DNA of 64,000 bases from Auanema rhodensis (taxonomy: Eukaryota; Animalia; Nematoda), in contig OZ059898.1 in NCBI GenBank assembly GCA_964057225.1, positions 2,480,001-2,544,000 of the forward strand. The letters run 5' to 3'. The notes under the pieces are model-generated. The model had not been told where the DNA came from, searched no databases, and saw nothing but the letters and a program-made list of their open reading frames with translations. The translations under genes were made by a program, and so were the position numbers. Below are positions 1 through 11,500 of the stretch, piece by piece. Numbering within the stretch: the first letter of the stretch is position 1; each line of letters starts with the position of its first letter.

Positions 1-23
1 AAACATCTACTTTTTGCTAAATT

Positions 24-58
24 ATTTTGAAATTTTTCGAAAAAATTTTTGTCAAAAT
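24..58. other. A/T-tract dyad centred on the TTTTTCGAAAAA palindrome
   Basis: 12-bp perfect palindrome at 33-44, flanked by ATTTTGA (24-30) and TCAAAAT (52-58). Confidence 0.75.
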
Positions 59-71
59 GTTTTTGGAAGCA

Positions 72-99
72 ATGTTGAGTGTACATGGAAACTCAACAT
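72..99. other. Inverted repeat in each monomer: ATGTTGAGT-N10-ACTCAACAT
   Basis: Perfect 9-bp arms at pos 72-80 and 91-99. Confidence 0.9.
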
Positions 100-250
100 A
101 CACTAATGCATCATTTTTCAAACAATCATAACTAATTTTTGTATTAAGCGTTTCTCAATGTAGTATAGTGCATTCGATGCGGATTTTAAAGCTGCGTCGA
201 TCTGTGTTATCAGATTTGCGCTAGCTTAAAAATGCACCGAGATATCAACT

Positions 251-272
251 GATATAAGTTCACACTTATATC
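251..272. other. Inverted repeat in each monomer: GATATAAGT-TCAC-ACTTATATC
   Basis: Perfect 9-bp arms with a 4-nt loop. Confidence 0.9.
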
Positions 273-533
273 CTCGATTTTCACCCTGAAGAAATAATTT
301 TTTCGTTGAATAACATTGTCCATCGTCTTTGCCTTGAAAAAAGGAATCTAAAAACATCTACTTTTTGCTAAATTATTTTGAAATTTTTCGAAAAAATTTT
401 TGTCAAAATGTTTTTGGAAGCAATGTTGAGTGTACATGGAAACTCAACATACACTAATGCATCATTTTTCAAACGATCATAACTAATTTTTGTATTAAGC
501 GTTTCTCAATGTAGTATAGTGCATTCGATGCGG

Positions 534-584
534 ATTTTTAAGCTGCGTCGATCTGTGTTATCAGATTTGCGCTAGCTTAAAAAT
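534..584. other. Long imperfect inverted repeat in each monomer (pos 183-233), shown in monomer 2
   Basis: ATTTTTAAGCT pairs with AGCTTAAAAAT (11 bp), enclosing GCG/CGC and ATCTG-N6-CAGAT. Confidence 0.88.
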
Positions 585-3500
585 GCACCGAGATATCAAC
601 TGATATAAGTTCACACTTATATCCTCGATTTTCACCCTGAAGAATTAATTTTTTCGTTGAATAACATTGTCCATCGTCTTTGCCTTGAAAAATGGAATCT
701 AAAAACATCTACTTTTTGCTAAATTATTTTGAAATTTTTCGAAAAAATTTTTGTCAAAATGTTTTTGGAAGCAATGTTGAGTGTACATGGAAACTCAACA
801 TACACTAATGCATCATTTTTCAAACGATCATAACTAATTTTTGTATCAAGTGTTTCTCAATGTAATATAGTGCATTCGATGCGGATTTTTAAGCTGCGTC
901 GATCTGTGTTATCAGATTTGCGCTAGCTTAAAAATGCACCGAGATATCAACTGATATAAGTTCACACATATATATCCGATTTTCACCCTGAAGAATTAAT
1001 TTTTTCGTTGAATAACATTGTCCATCGTCTTTGCCTTGAAAAAAGGAATCTAAAAACATCTACTTTTTGCTAAATTATTTTGAAATTTTTCGAAAAAATT
1101 TTTGTCAAAATGTTTTTGGAAGCAATGTTGAGTGTACATGGAAACTCAACATACACTAATGCATCATTTTTCAAACAATCATAACTAATTTTTGTATTAA
1201 GCGTTTCTCAATGTAGTATAGTGCATTCGATGCGGATTTTAAAGCTGCGTCGATCTGTGTTATCAGATTTGCGCTAGCTTAAAAATGCACCGAGATATCA
1301 ACTGATATAAGTTCACACTTATATCCTCGATTTTCACCCTGAAGAAATAATTTTTTCGTTGAATAACATTGTCCATCGTCTTTGCCTTGAAAAAAGGAAT
1401 CTAAAAACATCTACTTTTTGCTAAATTATTTTGAAATTTTTCGAAAAAATTTTTGTCAAAATGTTTTTGGAAGCAATGTTGAGTGTACATGGAAACTCAA
1501 CATACACTAATGCATCATTTTTCAAACGATCATAACTAATTTTTGTATTAAGCGTTTCTCAATGTAGTATAGTGCATTCGATCCGGATTTTTAAGATGCG
1601 TCGATCTGTGTTATCAGATTTGCGCTAGCTTAAAAATGCACCGAGATATCAACTGATATAAGTTCACACTTATATCCTCGATTTTCACCCTGAAGAATTA
1701 ATTTTTTCGTTGAATAACATTGTCCATCGTCTTTGCCTTGAAAAAAGGAATCTAAAAACATCTACTTTTTGCTAAATTATTTTGAAATTTTTCGAAAAAA
1801 TTTTTGTCAAAATGTTTTTGGAAGCAATGTTGAGTGTACATGGAAACTCAACATACACTAATGCATCATTTTTCAAACGATCATAACTAATTTTTGTATT
1901 AAGCGTTTCTCAATGTAGCATAGTGCATTCGATGCGGATTTTCAAGCTGCGTCGATCTGTGTTATCAGATTTGCGCTAGCTTAAAAATGCACCGAGATAT
2001 CAACTGATATAAGTTCACACATATATATCCGATTTTCACCCTGAAGAATTAATTTTTTCGTTGAATAACATTGTCCATCGTCTTTGCCTTGAAAAAAGGA
2101 ATCTAAAAACATCTACTTTTTGCTAAATTATTTTGAAATTTTTCGAAAAAATTTTTGTCAAAATGTTTTTGGAAGCAATGTTGAGTGTACATGGAAACTC
2201 AACATACACTAATGCATCATTTTTCAAACAATCATAACTAATTTTTGTATTAAGCGTTTCTCAATGTAGTATAGTGCATTCGATGCGGATTTTAAAGCTG
2301 CGTCGATCTGTGTTATCAGATTTGCGCTAGCTTAAAAATGCACCGAGATATCAACTGATATAAGTTCACACTTATATCCTCGATTTTCACCCTGAAGAAA
2401 TAATTTTTTCGTTGAATAACATTGTCCATCGTCTTTGCCTTGAAAAAAGGAATCTAAAAACATCTACTTTTTGCTAAATTATTTTGAAATTTTTCGAAAA
2501 AATTTTTGTCAAAATGTTTTTGGAAGCAATGTTGAGTGTACATGGAAACTCAACATACACTAATGCATCATTTTTCAAACGATCATAACTAATTTTTGTA
2601 TTAAGCGTTTCTCAATGTAGTATAGTGCATTCGATGCGGATTTTTAAGCTGCGTCGATCTGTGTTATCAGATTTGCGCTAGCTTAAAAATGCACCGAGAT
2701 ATCAACTGATATAAGTTCACACTTATATCCTCGATTTTCACCCTGAAGAATTAATTTTTTCGTTGAATAACATTGTCCATCGTCTTTGCCTTGAAAAATG
2801 GAATCTAAAAACATCTACTTTTTGCTAAATTATTTTGAAATTTTTCGAAAAAATTTTTGTCAAAATGTTTTTGGAAGCAATGTTGAGTGTACATGGAAAC
2901 TCAACATACACTAATGCATCATTTTTCAAACGATCATAACTAATTTTTGTATCAAGTGTTTCTCAATGTAATATAGTGCATTCGATGCGGATTTTTAAGC
3001 TGCGTCGATCTGTGTTATCAGATTTGCGCTAGCTTAAAAATGCACCGAGATATCAACTGATATAAGTTCACACATATATATCCGATTTTCACCCTGAAGA
3101 ATTAATTTTTTCGTTGAATAACATTGTCCATCGTCTTTGCCTTGAAAAAAGGAATCTAAAAACATCTACTTTTTGCTAAATTATTTTGAAATTTTTCGAA
3201 AAAATTTTTGTCAAAATGTTTTTGGAAGCAATGTTGAGTGTACATGGAAACTCAACATACACTAATGCATCATTTTTCAAACAATCATAACTAATTTTTG
3301 TATTAAGCGTTTCTCAATGTAGTATAGTGCATTCGATGCGGATTTTAAAGCTGCGTCGATCTGTGTTATCAGATTTGCGCTAGCTTAAAAATGCACCGAG
3401 ATATCAACTGATATAAGTTCACACTTATATCCTCGATTTTCACCCTGAAGAAATAATTTTTTCGTTGAATAACATTGTCCATCGTCTTTGCCTTGAAAAA

Positions 3501-6500
3501 AGGAATCTAAAAACATCTACTTTTTGCTAAATTATTTTGAAATTTTTCGAAAAAATTTTTGTCAAAATGTTTTTGGAAGCAATGTTGAGTGTACATGGAA
3601 ACTCAACATACACTAATGCATCATTTTTCAAACGATCATAACTAATTTTTGTATTAAGCGTTTCTCAATGTAGTATAGTGCATTCGATCCGGATTTTTAA
3701 GATGCGTCGATCTGTGTTATCAGATTTGCGCTAGCTTAAAAATGCACCGAGATATCAACTGATATAAGTTCACACTTATATCCTCGATTTTCACCCTGAA
3801 GAAATAATTTTTTCGTTGAATAACATTGTCCATCGTCTTTGCCTTGAAAAAAGGAATCTTAAAACATCTACTTTTTGCTAAATTATTTTGAAATTTTTTG
3901 AAAAAATTTTTGTCAAAATGTTTTTGGAAGCAATGTTGAGTGTACATGGAAACTCAACATACACTAATGCATCATTTTTCAAACGATCATAACTAATTTT
4001 TGTATCAAGCGTTTTTCAATGTAGTATAGTGCATTCGATGCGGATTTTTAAGCTGCGTCGAGCTGTGTTATCAGATTTGCGCTAGCTTAAAAATGCACCG
4101 AGATATCAACTGATATAAGTTCACACTTATATCCTCGATTTTCACCCTGAAGAAATAATTTTTTTGTTGAATAACATTGTCCATCGTCTTTGCCTTGAAA
4201 AATGGAATCTAAAAACATCTACTTTTTGCTAAATTATTTTGAAATTTTTCGAAAAAATTTTTGTCAAAATGTTTTTGGAAGCAATGTTGAGTGTACATGG
4301 AAACTCAACATACACTAATGCATCATTTTTCAAACGATCATAACTAATTTTTGTATTAAGCGTTTCTCAATGTAGCATAGTGCATTCGATGCGGATTTTC
4401 AAGCTGCGTCGATCTGTGTTATCAGATTTGCGCTAGCTTAAAAATGCACCGAGATATCAACTGATATAAGTTCACACATATATATCCGATTTTCACCCTG
4501 AAGAATTAATTTTTTCGTTGAATAACATTGTCCATCGTCTTTGCCTTGAAAAAAGGAATCTAAAAACATCTACTTTTTGCTAAATTATTTTGAAATTTTT
4601 CGAAAAAATTTTTGTCAAAATGTTTTTGGAAGCAATGTTGAGTGTACATGGAAACTCAACATACACTAATGCATCATTTTTCAAACAATCATAACTAATT
4701 TTTGTATTAAGCGTTTCTCAATGTAGTATAGTGCATTCGATGCGGATTTTAAAGCTGCGTCGATCTGTGTTATCAGATTTGCGCTAGCTTAAAAATGCAC
4801 CGAGATATCAACTGATATAAGTTCACACTTATATCCTCGATTTTCACCCTGAAGAAATAATTTTTTCGTTGAATAACATTGTCCATCGTCTTTGCCTTGA
4901 AAAAAGGAATCTAAAAACATCTACTTTTTGCTAAATTATTTTGAAATTTTTCGAAAAAATTTTTGTCAAAATGTTTTTGGAAGCAATGTTGAGTGTACAT
5001 GGAAACTCAACATACACTAATGCATCATTTTTCAAACGATCATAACTAATTTTTGTATTAAGCGTTTCTCAATGTAGTATAGTGCATTCGATGCGGATTT
5101 TTAAGCTGCGTCGATCTGTGTTATCAGATTTGCGCTAGCTTAAAAATGCACCGAGATATCAACTGATATAAGTTCACACTTATATCCTCGATTTTCACCC
5201 TGAAGAATTAATTTTTTCGTTGAATAACATTGTCCATCGTCTTTGCCTTGAAAAATGGAATCTAAAAACATCTACTTTTTGCTAAATTATTTTGAAATTT
5301 TTCGAAAAAATTTTTGTCAAAATGTTTTTGGAAGCAATGTTGAGTGTACATGGAAACTCAACATACACTAATGCATCATTTTTCAAACGATCATAACTAA
5401 TTTTTGTATCAAGTGTTTCTCAATGTAATATAGTGCATTCGATGCGGATTTTTAAGCTGCGTCGATCTGTGTTATCAGATTTGCGCTAGCTTAAAAATGC
5501 ACCGAGATATCAACTGATATAAGTTCACACTTATATCCTCGATTTTCACCCTGAAAAATTAATTTTTTCGTTGAATAACATTGTCCATCGTCTTTGCCTT
5601 GAAAAATGGAATCTAAAAACATCTACTTTTTGCTAAATTATTTTGAAATTTTCCGAAAAAATTTTTGTCAAAATGTTTTTGGAAGCAATGTTGAGTGTAC
5701 ATGGAAACTCAACATACACTAATGCATCATTTTTCAAACGATCATAACTAATTTTTGTATCAAGCGTTTCTTAATGTAGTATAGTGCATTCGATCCGGAT
5801 TTTTAAGATGCGTCGATCTGTGTTATCAGATTAGCGCTAGCTTAAAAATGCACCGAGATATCAACTGATATAAGTTCACACTTATATCCTCGATTTTCAC
5901 CCTGAAGAAATAATTTTTTCGTTGAATAACATTGTCCATCGTCTTTGCCTTGAAAAAAGGAATCTAAAAACATCTACTTTTTGCTAAATTATTTTGAAAT
6001 TTTTCGAAAAAATTTTTGTCAAAATGTTTTTGGAAGCAATGTTGAGTGTACATGGAAACTCAACATACACTAATGCATCATTTTTCAAACGATCACAACT
6101 AATTTTTGTATCAAGCGTTTCTCAATGTAGTATAGTGCATTCGATCCGGATTTTTAAGCTGCGTCAATCTGTGTTATCAGATTTGCGCTAGCTTAAAAAT
6201 GCACCGAGATATCAACTGATATAAGTTCACACTTATATCCTCGATTTTCACCCTGAAGAAATAATTTTTTCGTTGAATAACATTGTCCATCGTCTTTGCC
6301 TTGAAAAAAGGAATCTAAAAACATCTACTTTTTGCTAAATTATTTTGAAATTTTTCGAAAAAATTTTTGTCAAAATGTTTTTGGAAGCAATGTTGAGTGT
6401 ACATGGAAACTCAACATACACTAATGCATCATTTTTCAAACGATCATAACTAATTTTTGTATCAAGTGTTTCTCAATGTAATATAGTGCATTCGATGCGG

Positions 6501-8592
6501 ATTTTTAAGCTGCGTCGATCTGTGTTATCAGATTTGCGCTAGCTTAAAAATGCACCGAGATATCAACTGATATAAGTTCACACTTATATCCTCGATTTTC
6601 ACCCTGAAAAATTAATTTTTTCGTTGAATAACATTGTCCATCGTCTTTGCCTTGAAAAATGGAATCTAAAAACATCTACTTTTTGCTAAATTATTTTGAA
6701 ATTTTTCGAAAAAATTTTTGTCAAAATGTTTTTGGAAGCAATGTTGAGTGTACATGGAAACTCAACATACACTAATGCATCATTTTTCAAACGATCATAA
6801 CTAATTTTTGTATCAAGTGTTTCTTAATGTAGTATAGTGCATTCGATCCGGATTTTTAAGATGCGTCGATCTGTGTTATCAGATTTGCGCTAGCTTAAAA
6901 ATGCACCGAGATATCAACTGATATAAGTTCACACTTATATCCTCGATTTTCACCCTGAAGAAATAATTTTTTTGTTGAATAACATTGTCCATCGTCTATG
7001 CCTTGAAAAATGGAATCTAAAAACATCTACTTTTTGCTAAATTATTTTGAAATTTTTCGAAAAAATTTTTGTCAAAATGTTTTTGGAAGCAATGTTGAGT
7101 GTACATGGAAACTCAACATACACTAATGCATCATTTTTCAAACGATCATAACTAATTTTTGTATTAAGCGTTTCTCAATGTAGCATAGTGCATTCGATGC
7201 GGATTTTCAAGCTGCGTCGATCTGTGTTATCAGATTTGCGCTAGCTTAAAAATGCACCGAGATATCAACTGATATAAGTTCACACTTACATTCTCAATTT
7301 TCACCCTGAAGAATCAATTTTTTCGTAGAATAACATTGTCCATCGTCTTTGCCTTGAAAAAAGGAATCTAAAAACATCTACTTTTTGCTAAATTATTTTG
7401 AAATTTTTCGAAAAAATTTTTGTCAAAATGTTTTTGGAAGCAATGTTGAGTGTACATGGAAACTCAACATACACTAATGCATCATTTTTCAAACAATCAT
7501 AACTAATTTTTGTATTAAGCGTTTCTCAATGTAGTATAGTGCATTCGATGCGGATTTTAAAGCTGCGTCGATCTGTGTTATCAGATTTGCGCTAGCTTAA
7601 AAATGCACCGAGATATCAACTGATATAAGTTCACACTTATATCCTCGATTTTCACCCTGAAGAAATAATTTTTTCGTTGAATAACATTGTCCATCGTCTT
7701 TGCCTTGAAAAAAGGAATCTAAAAACATCTACTTTTTGCTAAATTATTTTGAAATTTTTCGAAAAAATTTTTGTCAAAATGTTTTTGGAAGCAATGTTGA
7801 GTGTACATGGAAACTCAACATACACTAATGCATCATTTTTCAAACGATCATAACTAATTTTTGTATCAAGTGTTTCTCAATGTAATATAGTGCATTCGAT
7901 GCGGATTTTTAAGCTGCGTCGATCTGTGTTATCAGATTTGCGCTAGCTTAAAAATGCACCGAGATATCAACTGATATAAGTTCACACTTATATCCTCGAT
8001 TTTCACCCTGAAAAATTAATTTTTTCGTTGAATAACATTGTCCATCGTCTTTGCCTTGAAAAATGGAATCTAAAAACATCTACTTTTTGCTAAATTATTT
8101 TGAAATTTTCCGAAAAAATTTTTGTCAAAATGTTTTTGGAAGCAATGTTGAGTGTACATGGAAACTCAACATACACTAATGCATCATTTTTCAAACGATC
8201 ATAACTAATTTTTGTATCAAGCGTTTCTTAATGTAGTATAGTGCATTCGATCCGGATTTTTAAGATGCGTCGATCTGTGTTATCAGATTAGCGCTAGCTT
8301 AAAAATGCACCGAGATATCAACTGATATAAGTTCACACTTATATCCTCGATTTTCACCCTGAAGAAATAATTTTTTCGTTGAATAACATTGTCCATCGTC
8401 TTTGCCTTGAAAAAAGGAATCTAAAAACATCTACTTTTTGCTAAATTATTTTGAAATTTTTCGAAAAAATTTTTGTCAAAATGTTTTTGGAAGCAATGTT
8501 GAGTGTACATGGAAACTCAACATACACTAATGCATCATTTTTCAAACGATCATAACTAATTTTTGTATCAAGTGTTTCTCAATGTAATATAT

Positions 8593-11500
8593 TGCATTCG
8601 ATGCGGATTTTTAAGCTGCGTCGATCTGTGTTATCAGATTTGCGCTAGCTTAAAAATGCACCGAGATATCAACTGATATAAGTTCACACTTATATCCTCG
8701 ATTTTCACCCTGAAAAATTAATTTTTTCGTTGAATAACATTGTCCATCGTCTTTGCCTTGAAAAATGGAATCTAAAAACATCTACTTTTTGCTAAATTAT
8801 TTTGAAATTTTTCGAAAAAATTTTTGTCAAAATGTTTTTGGAAGCAATGTTGAGTGTACATGGAAACTCAACATACACTAATGCATCATTTTTCAAACGA
8901 TCACAACTAATTTTTGTATCAAGCGTTTCTTAATGTAGTATAGTGCATTCGATCCGGATTTTTAAGCTGCGTCAATCTGTGTTATCAGATTTGCGCTAGC
9001 TTAAAAATGCACCGAGATATCAACTGATATAAGTTCACACTTATATCCTCGATTTTCACCCTGAAGAAATAATTTTTTCGTTGAATAACATTGTCCATCG
9101 TCTTTGCCTTGAAAAAAGGAATCTAAAAACATCTACTTTTTGCTAAATTATTTTGAAATTTTTCGAAAAAATTTTTGTCAAAATGTTTTTGGAAGCAATG
9201 TTGAGTGTACATGGAAACTCAACATACACTAATGCATCATTTTTCAAACGATCATAACTTATTTTTGTATCAAGTGTTTCTCAATGTAATATAGTGCATT
9301 CGATGCGGATTTTTAAGCTGCGTCGATCTGTGTTATCAGATTTGCGCTAGCTTAAAAATGCACCGAGATATCAACTGATATAAGTTCACACTTATATCCT
9401 CGATTTTCACCCTGAAAAATTAATTTTTTCGTTGAATAACATTGTCCATCGTCTTTGCCTTGAAAAATGGAATCTAAAAACATCTACTTTTTGCTAAATT
9501 ATTTTGAAATTTTTCGAAAAAATTTTTGTCAAAATGTTTTTGGAAGCAATGTTGAGTGTACATGGAAACTCAACATACACTAATGCATCATTTTTCAAAC
9601 GATCATAACTAATTTTTGTATCAAGCGTTTCTTAATGTAGTATAGTGCATTCGATCCGGATTTTTAAGATGCGTCGATCTGTGTTATCAGATTTGCGCTA
9701 GCTTAAAAATGCACCGAGATATCAACTGATATAAGTTCACACTTATATCCTCGATTTTCACCCTGAAGAAATAATTTTTTCGTTGAATAACATTGTCCAT
9801 CGTCTTTGCCTTGAAAAAAGGAATCTAAAAACATCTACTTTTTGCTAAATTATTTTGAAATTTTTCGAAAAAATTTTTGTCAAAATGTTTTTGGAAGCAA
9901 TGTTGAGTGTACATGGAAACTCAACATACACTAATGCATCATTTTTCAAACGATCATAACTAATTTTTGTATCAAGCGTTTCTTAATGTAGTATAGTGCA
10001 TTCGATCCGGATTTTTAAGCTGCGTCGATCTGTGTTATCAGATTTGCGCTAGCTTAAAAATGCACCGAGATATCAACTGATATAAGTTCACACTTATATC
10101 CTCGATTTTCACCCTGAAAAATTAATTTTTTCGTTGAATAACATTGTCCATCGTCTTTGCCTTGAAAAATGGAATCTAAAAACATCTACTTTTTGCTAAA
10201 TTATTTTGAAATTTTTCGAAAAAATTTTTGTCAAAATGTTTTTGGAAGCAATGTTGAGTGTACATGGAAACTCAACATACACTAATGCATCATTTTTCAA
10301 ACGATCACAACTAATTTTTGTATCAAGCGTTTCTTAATGTAGTATAGTGCATTCGATCCGGATTTTTAAGCTGCGTCAATCTGTGTTATCAGATTTGCGC
10401 TAGCTTAAAAATGCACCGAGATATCAACTGATATAAGTTCACACTTATATCCTCGATTTTCACCCTGAAGAAATAATTTTTTCGTTGAATAACATTGTCC
10501 ATCGTCTTTGCCTTGAAAAAAGGAATCTAAAAACATCTACTTTTTGCTAAATTATTTTGAAATTTTTCGAAAAAATTTTTGTCAAAATGTTTTTGGAAGC
10601 AATGTTGAGTGTACATGGAAACTCAACATACACTAATGCATCATTTTTCAAACGATCATAACTAATTTTTGTATCAAGTGTTTCTCAATGTAATATAGTG
10701 CATTCGATGCGGATTTTTAAGCTGCGTCGATCTGTGTTATCAGATTTGCGCTAGCTTAAAAATGCACCGAGATATCAACTGATATAAGTTCACACTTATA
10801 TCCTCGATTTTCACCCTGAAAAATTAATTTTTTCGTTGAATAACATTGTCCATCGTCTTTGCCTTGAAAAATGGAATCTAAAAACATCTACTTTTTGCTA
10901 AATTATTTTGAAATTTTTCGAAAAAATTTTTGTCAAAATGTTTTTGGAAGCAATGTTGAGTGTACATGGAAACTCAACATACACTAATGCATCATTTTTC
11001 AAACGATCATAACTAATTTTTGTATTAAGCGTTTCTCAATGTAGTATAGTGCATTCGATGCGGATTTTTAAGCTGCGTCGATCTGTGTTATCAGATTTGC
11101 GCTAGCTTAAAAATGCACCGAGATATCAACTGATATAAGTTCACACTTATATCCTCGATTTTCACCCTGAAGAAATAATTTTTTCGTTGAATAACATTGT
11201 CCATCGTCTTTGCCTTGAAAAAAGGAATCTAAAAACATCTACTTTTTGCTAAATTATTTTGAAATTTTTCGAAAAAATTTTTGTCAAAATGTTTTTGGAA
11301 GCAATGTTGAGTGTACATGGAAACTCAACATACACTAATGCATCATTTTTCAAACGATCATAACTAATTTTTGTATCAAGTGTTTCTCAATGTAATATAG
11401 TGCATTCGATGCGGATTTTTAAGCTGCGTCGATCTGTGTTATCAGATTTGCGCTAGCTTAAAAATGCACCGAGATATCAACTGATATAAGTTCACACTTA

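Larger units (their letters stand above)
1..351. repeat. Representative 351-bp monomer (arbitrary phase)
   Basis: First full period. Consensus has ~58 C and ~53 G (~32% GC), many A/T tracts, and near-invariant single NheI (GCTAGC), EcoRV (GATATC), BsrGI (TGTACA) and NsiI (ATGCAT) sites. Confidence 0.97.
1..3861. repeat. Local higher-order block: 6-monomer (2,106 bp) unit built on a 3-monomer periodicity
   Basis: The monomer type with AACAAT and TTTTAAA is at M1, 4, 7, 10. The CACATATATATCCGA variant is at M3, 6, 9. M1-M4 match M7-M10, and M5 resembles M11. Confidence 0.85.

Noticed and set aside
200-224. Helitron-like 3' end (hairpin followed by CTAG)
   Set aside because: The stem is short and AT-rich, the spacing is atypical, and there are no other element features or flanks. 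It is explained as part of the larger dyad.
286-345. Hammerhead ribozyme-like CTGAAGA...GAAA (hammerheads occur in some satellites)
   Set aside because: No convincing stems I-III around the motifs, and CTGANGA is broken in the common B and D variants. An Infernal search against Rfam hammerhead models would settle it.
1-351. 5S rDNA, tRNA, snRNA or spliced-leader tandem gene unit
   Set aside because: No recognisable 5S, tRNA or snRNA sequence or Pol III A/B/C boxes, and the unit is uniformly AT-rich.
1-351. Internal ~175-bp dimer structure of the monomer
   Set aside because: The two halves show no alignable similarity by eye. A sensitive self-alignment would be needed to exclude an ancient dimer.
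3720-3947. 75-aa minus-strand ORF
   Set aside because: Lies within the satellite and is open only because local point variants remove stops. Low-complexity F/K-rich sequence with no recognisable domain.
5994-6191. 65-aa plus-strand ORF
   Set aside because: TTG start; created by the TAA>CAA variant combination in one monomer.
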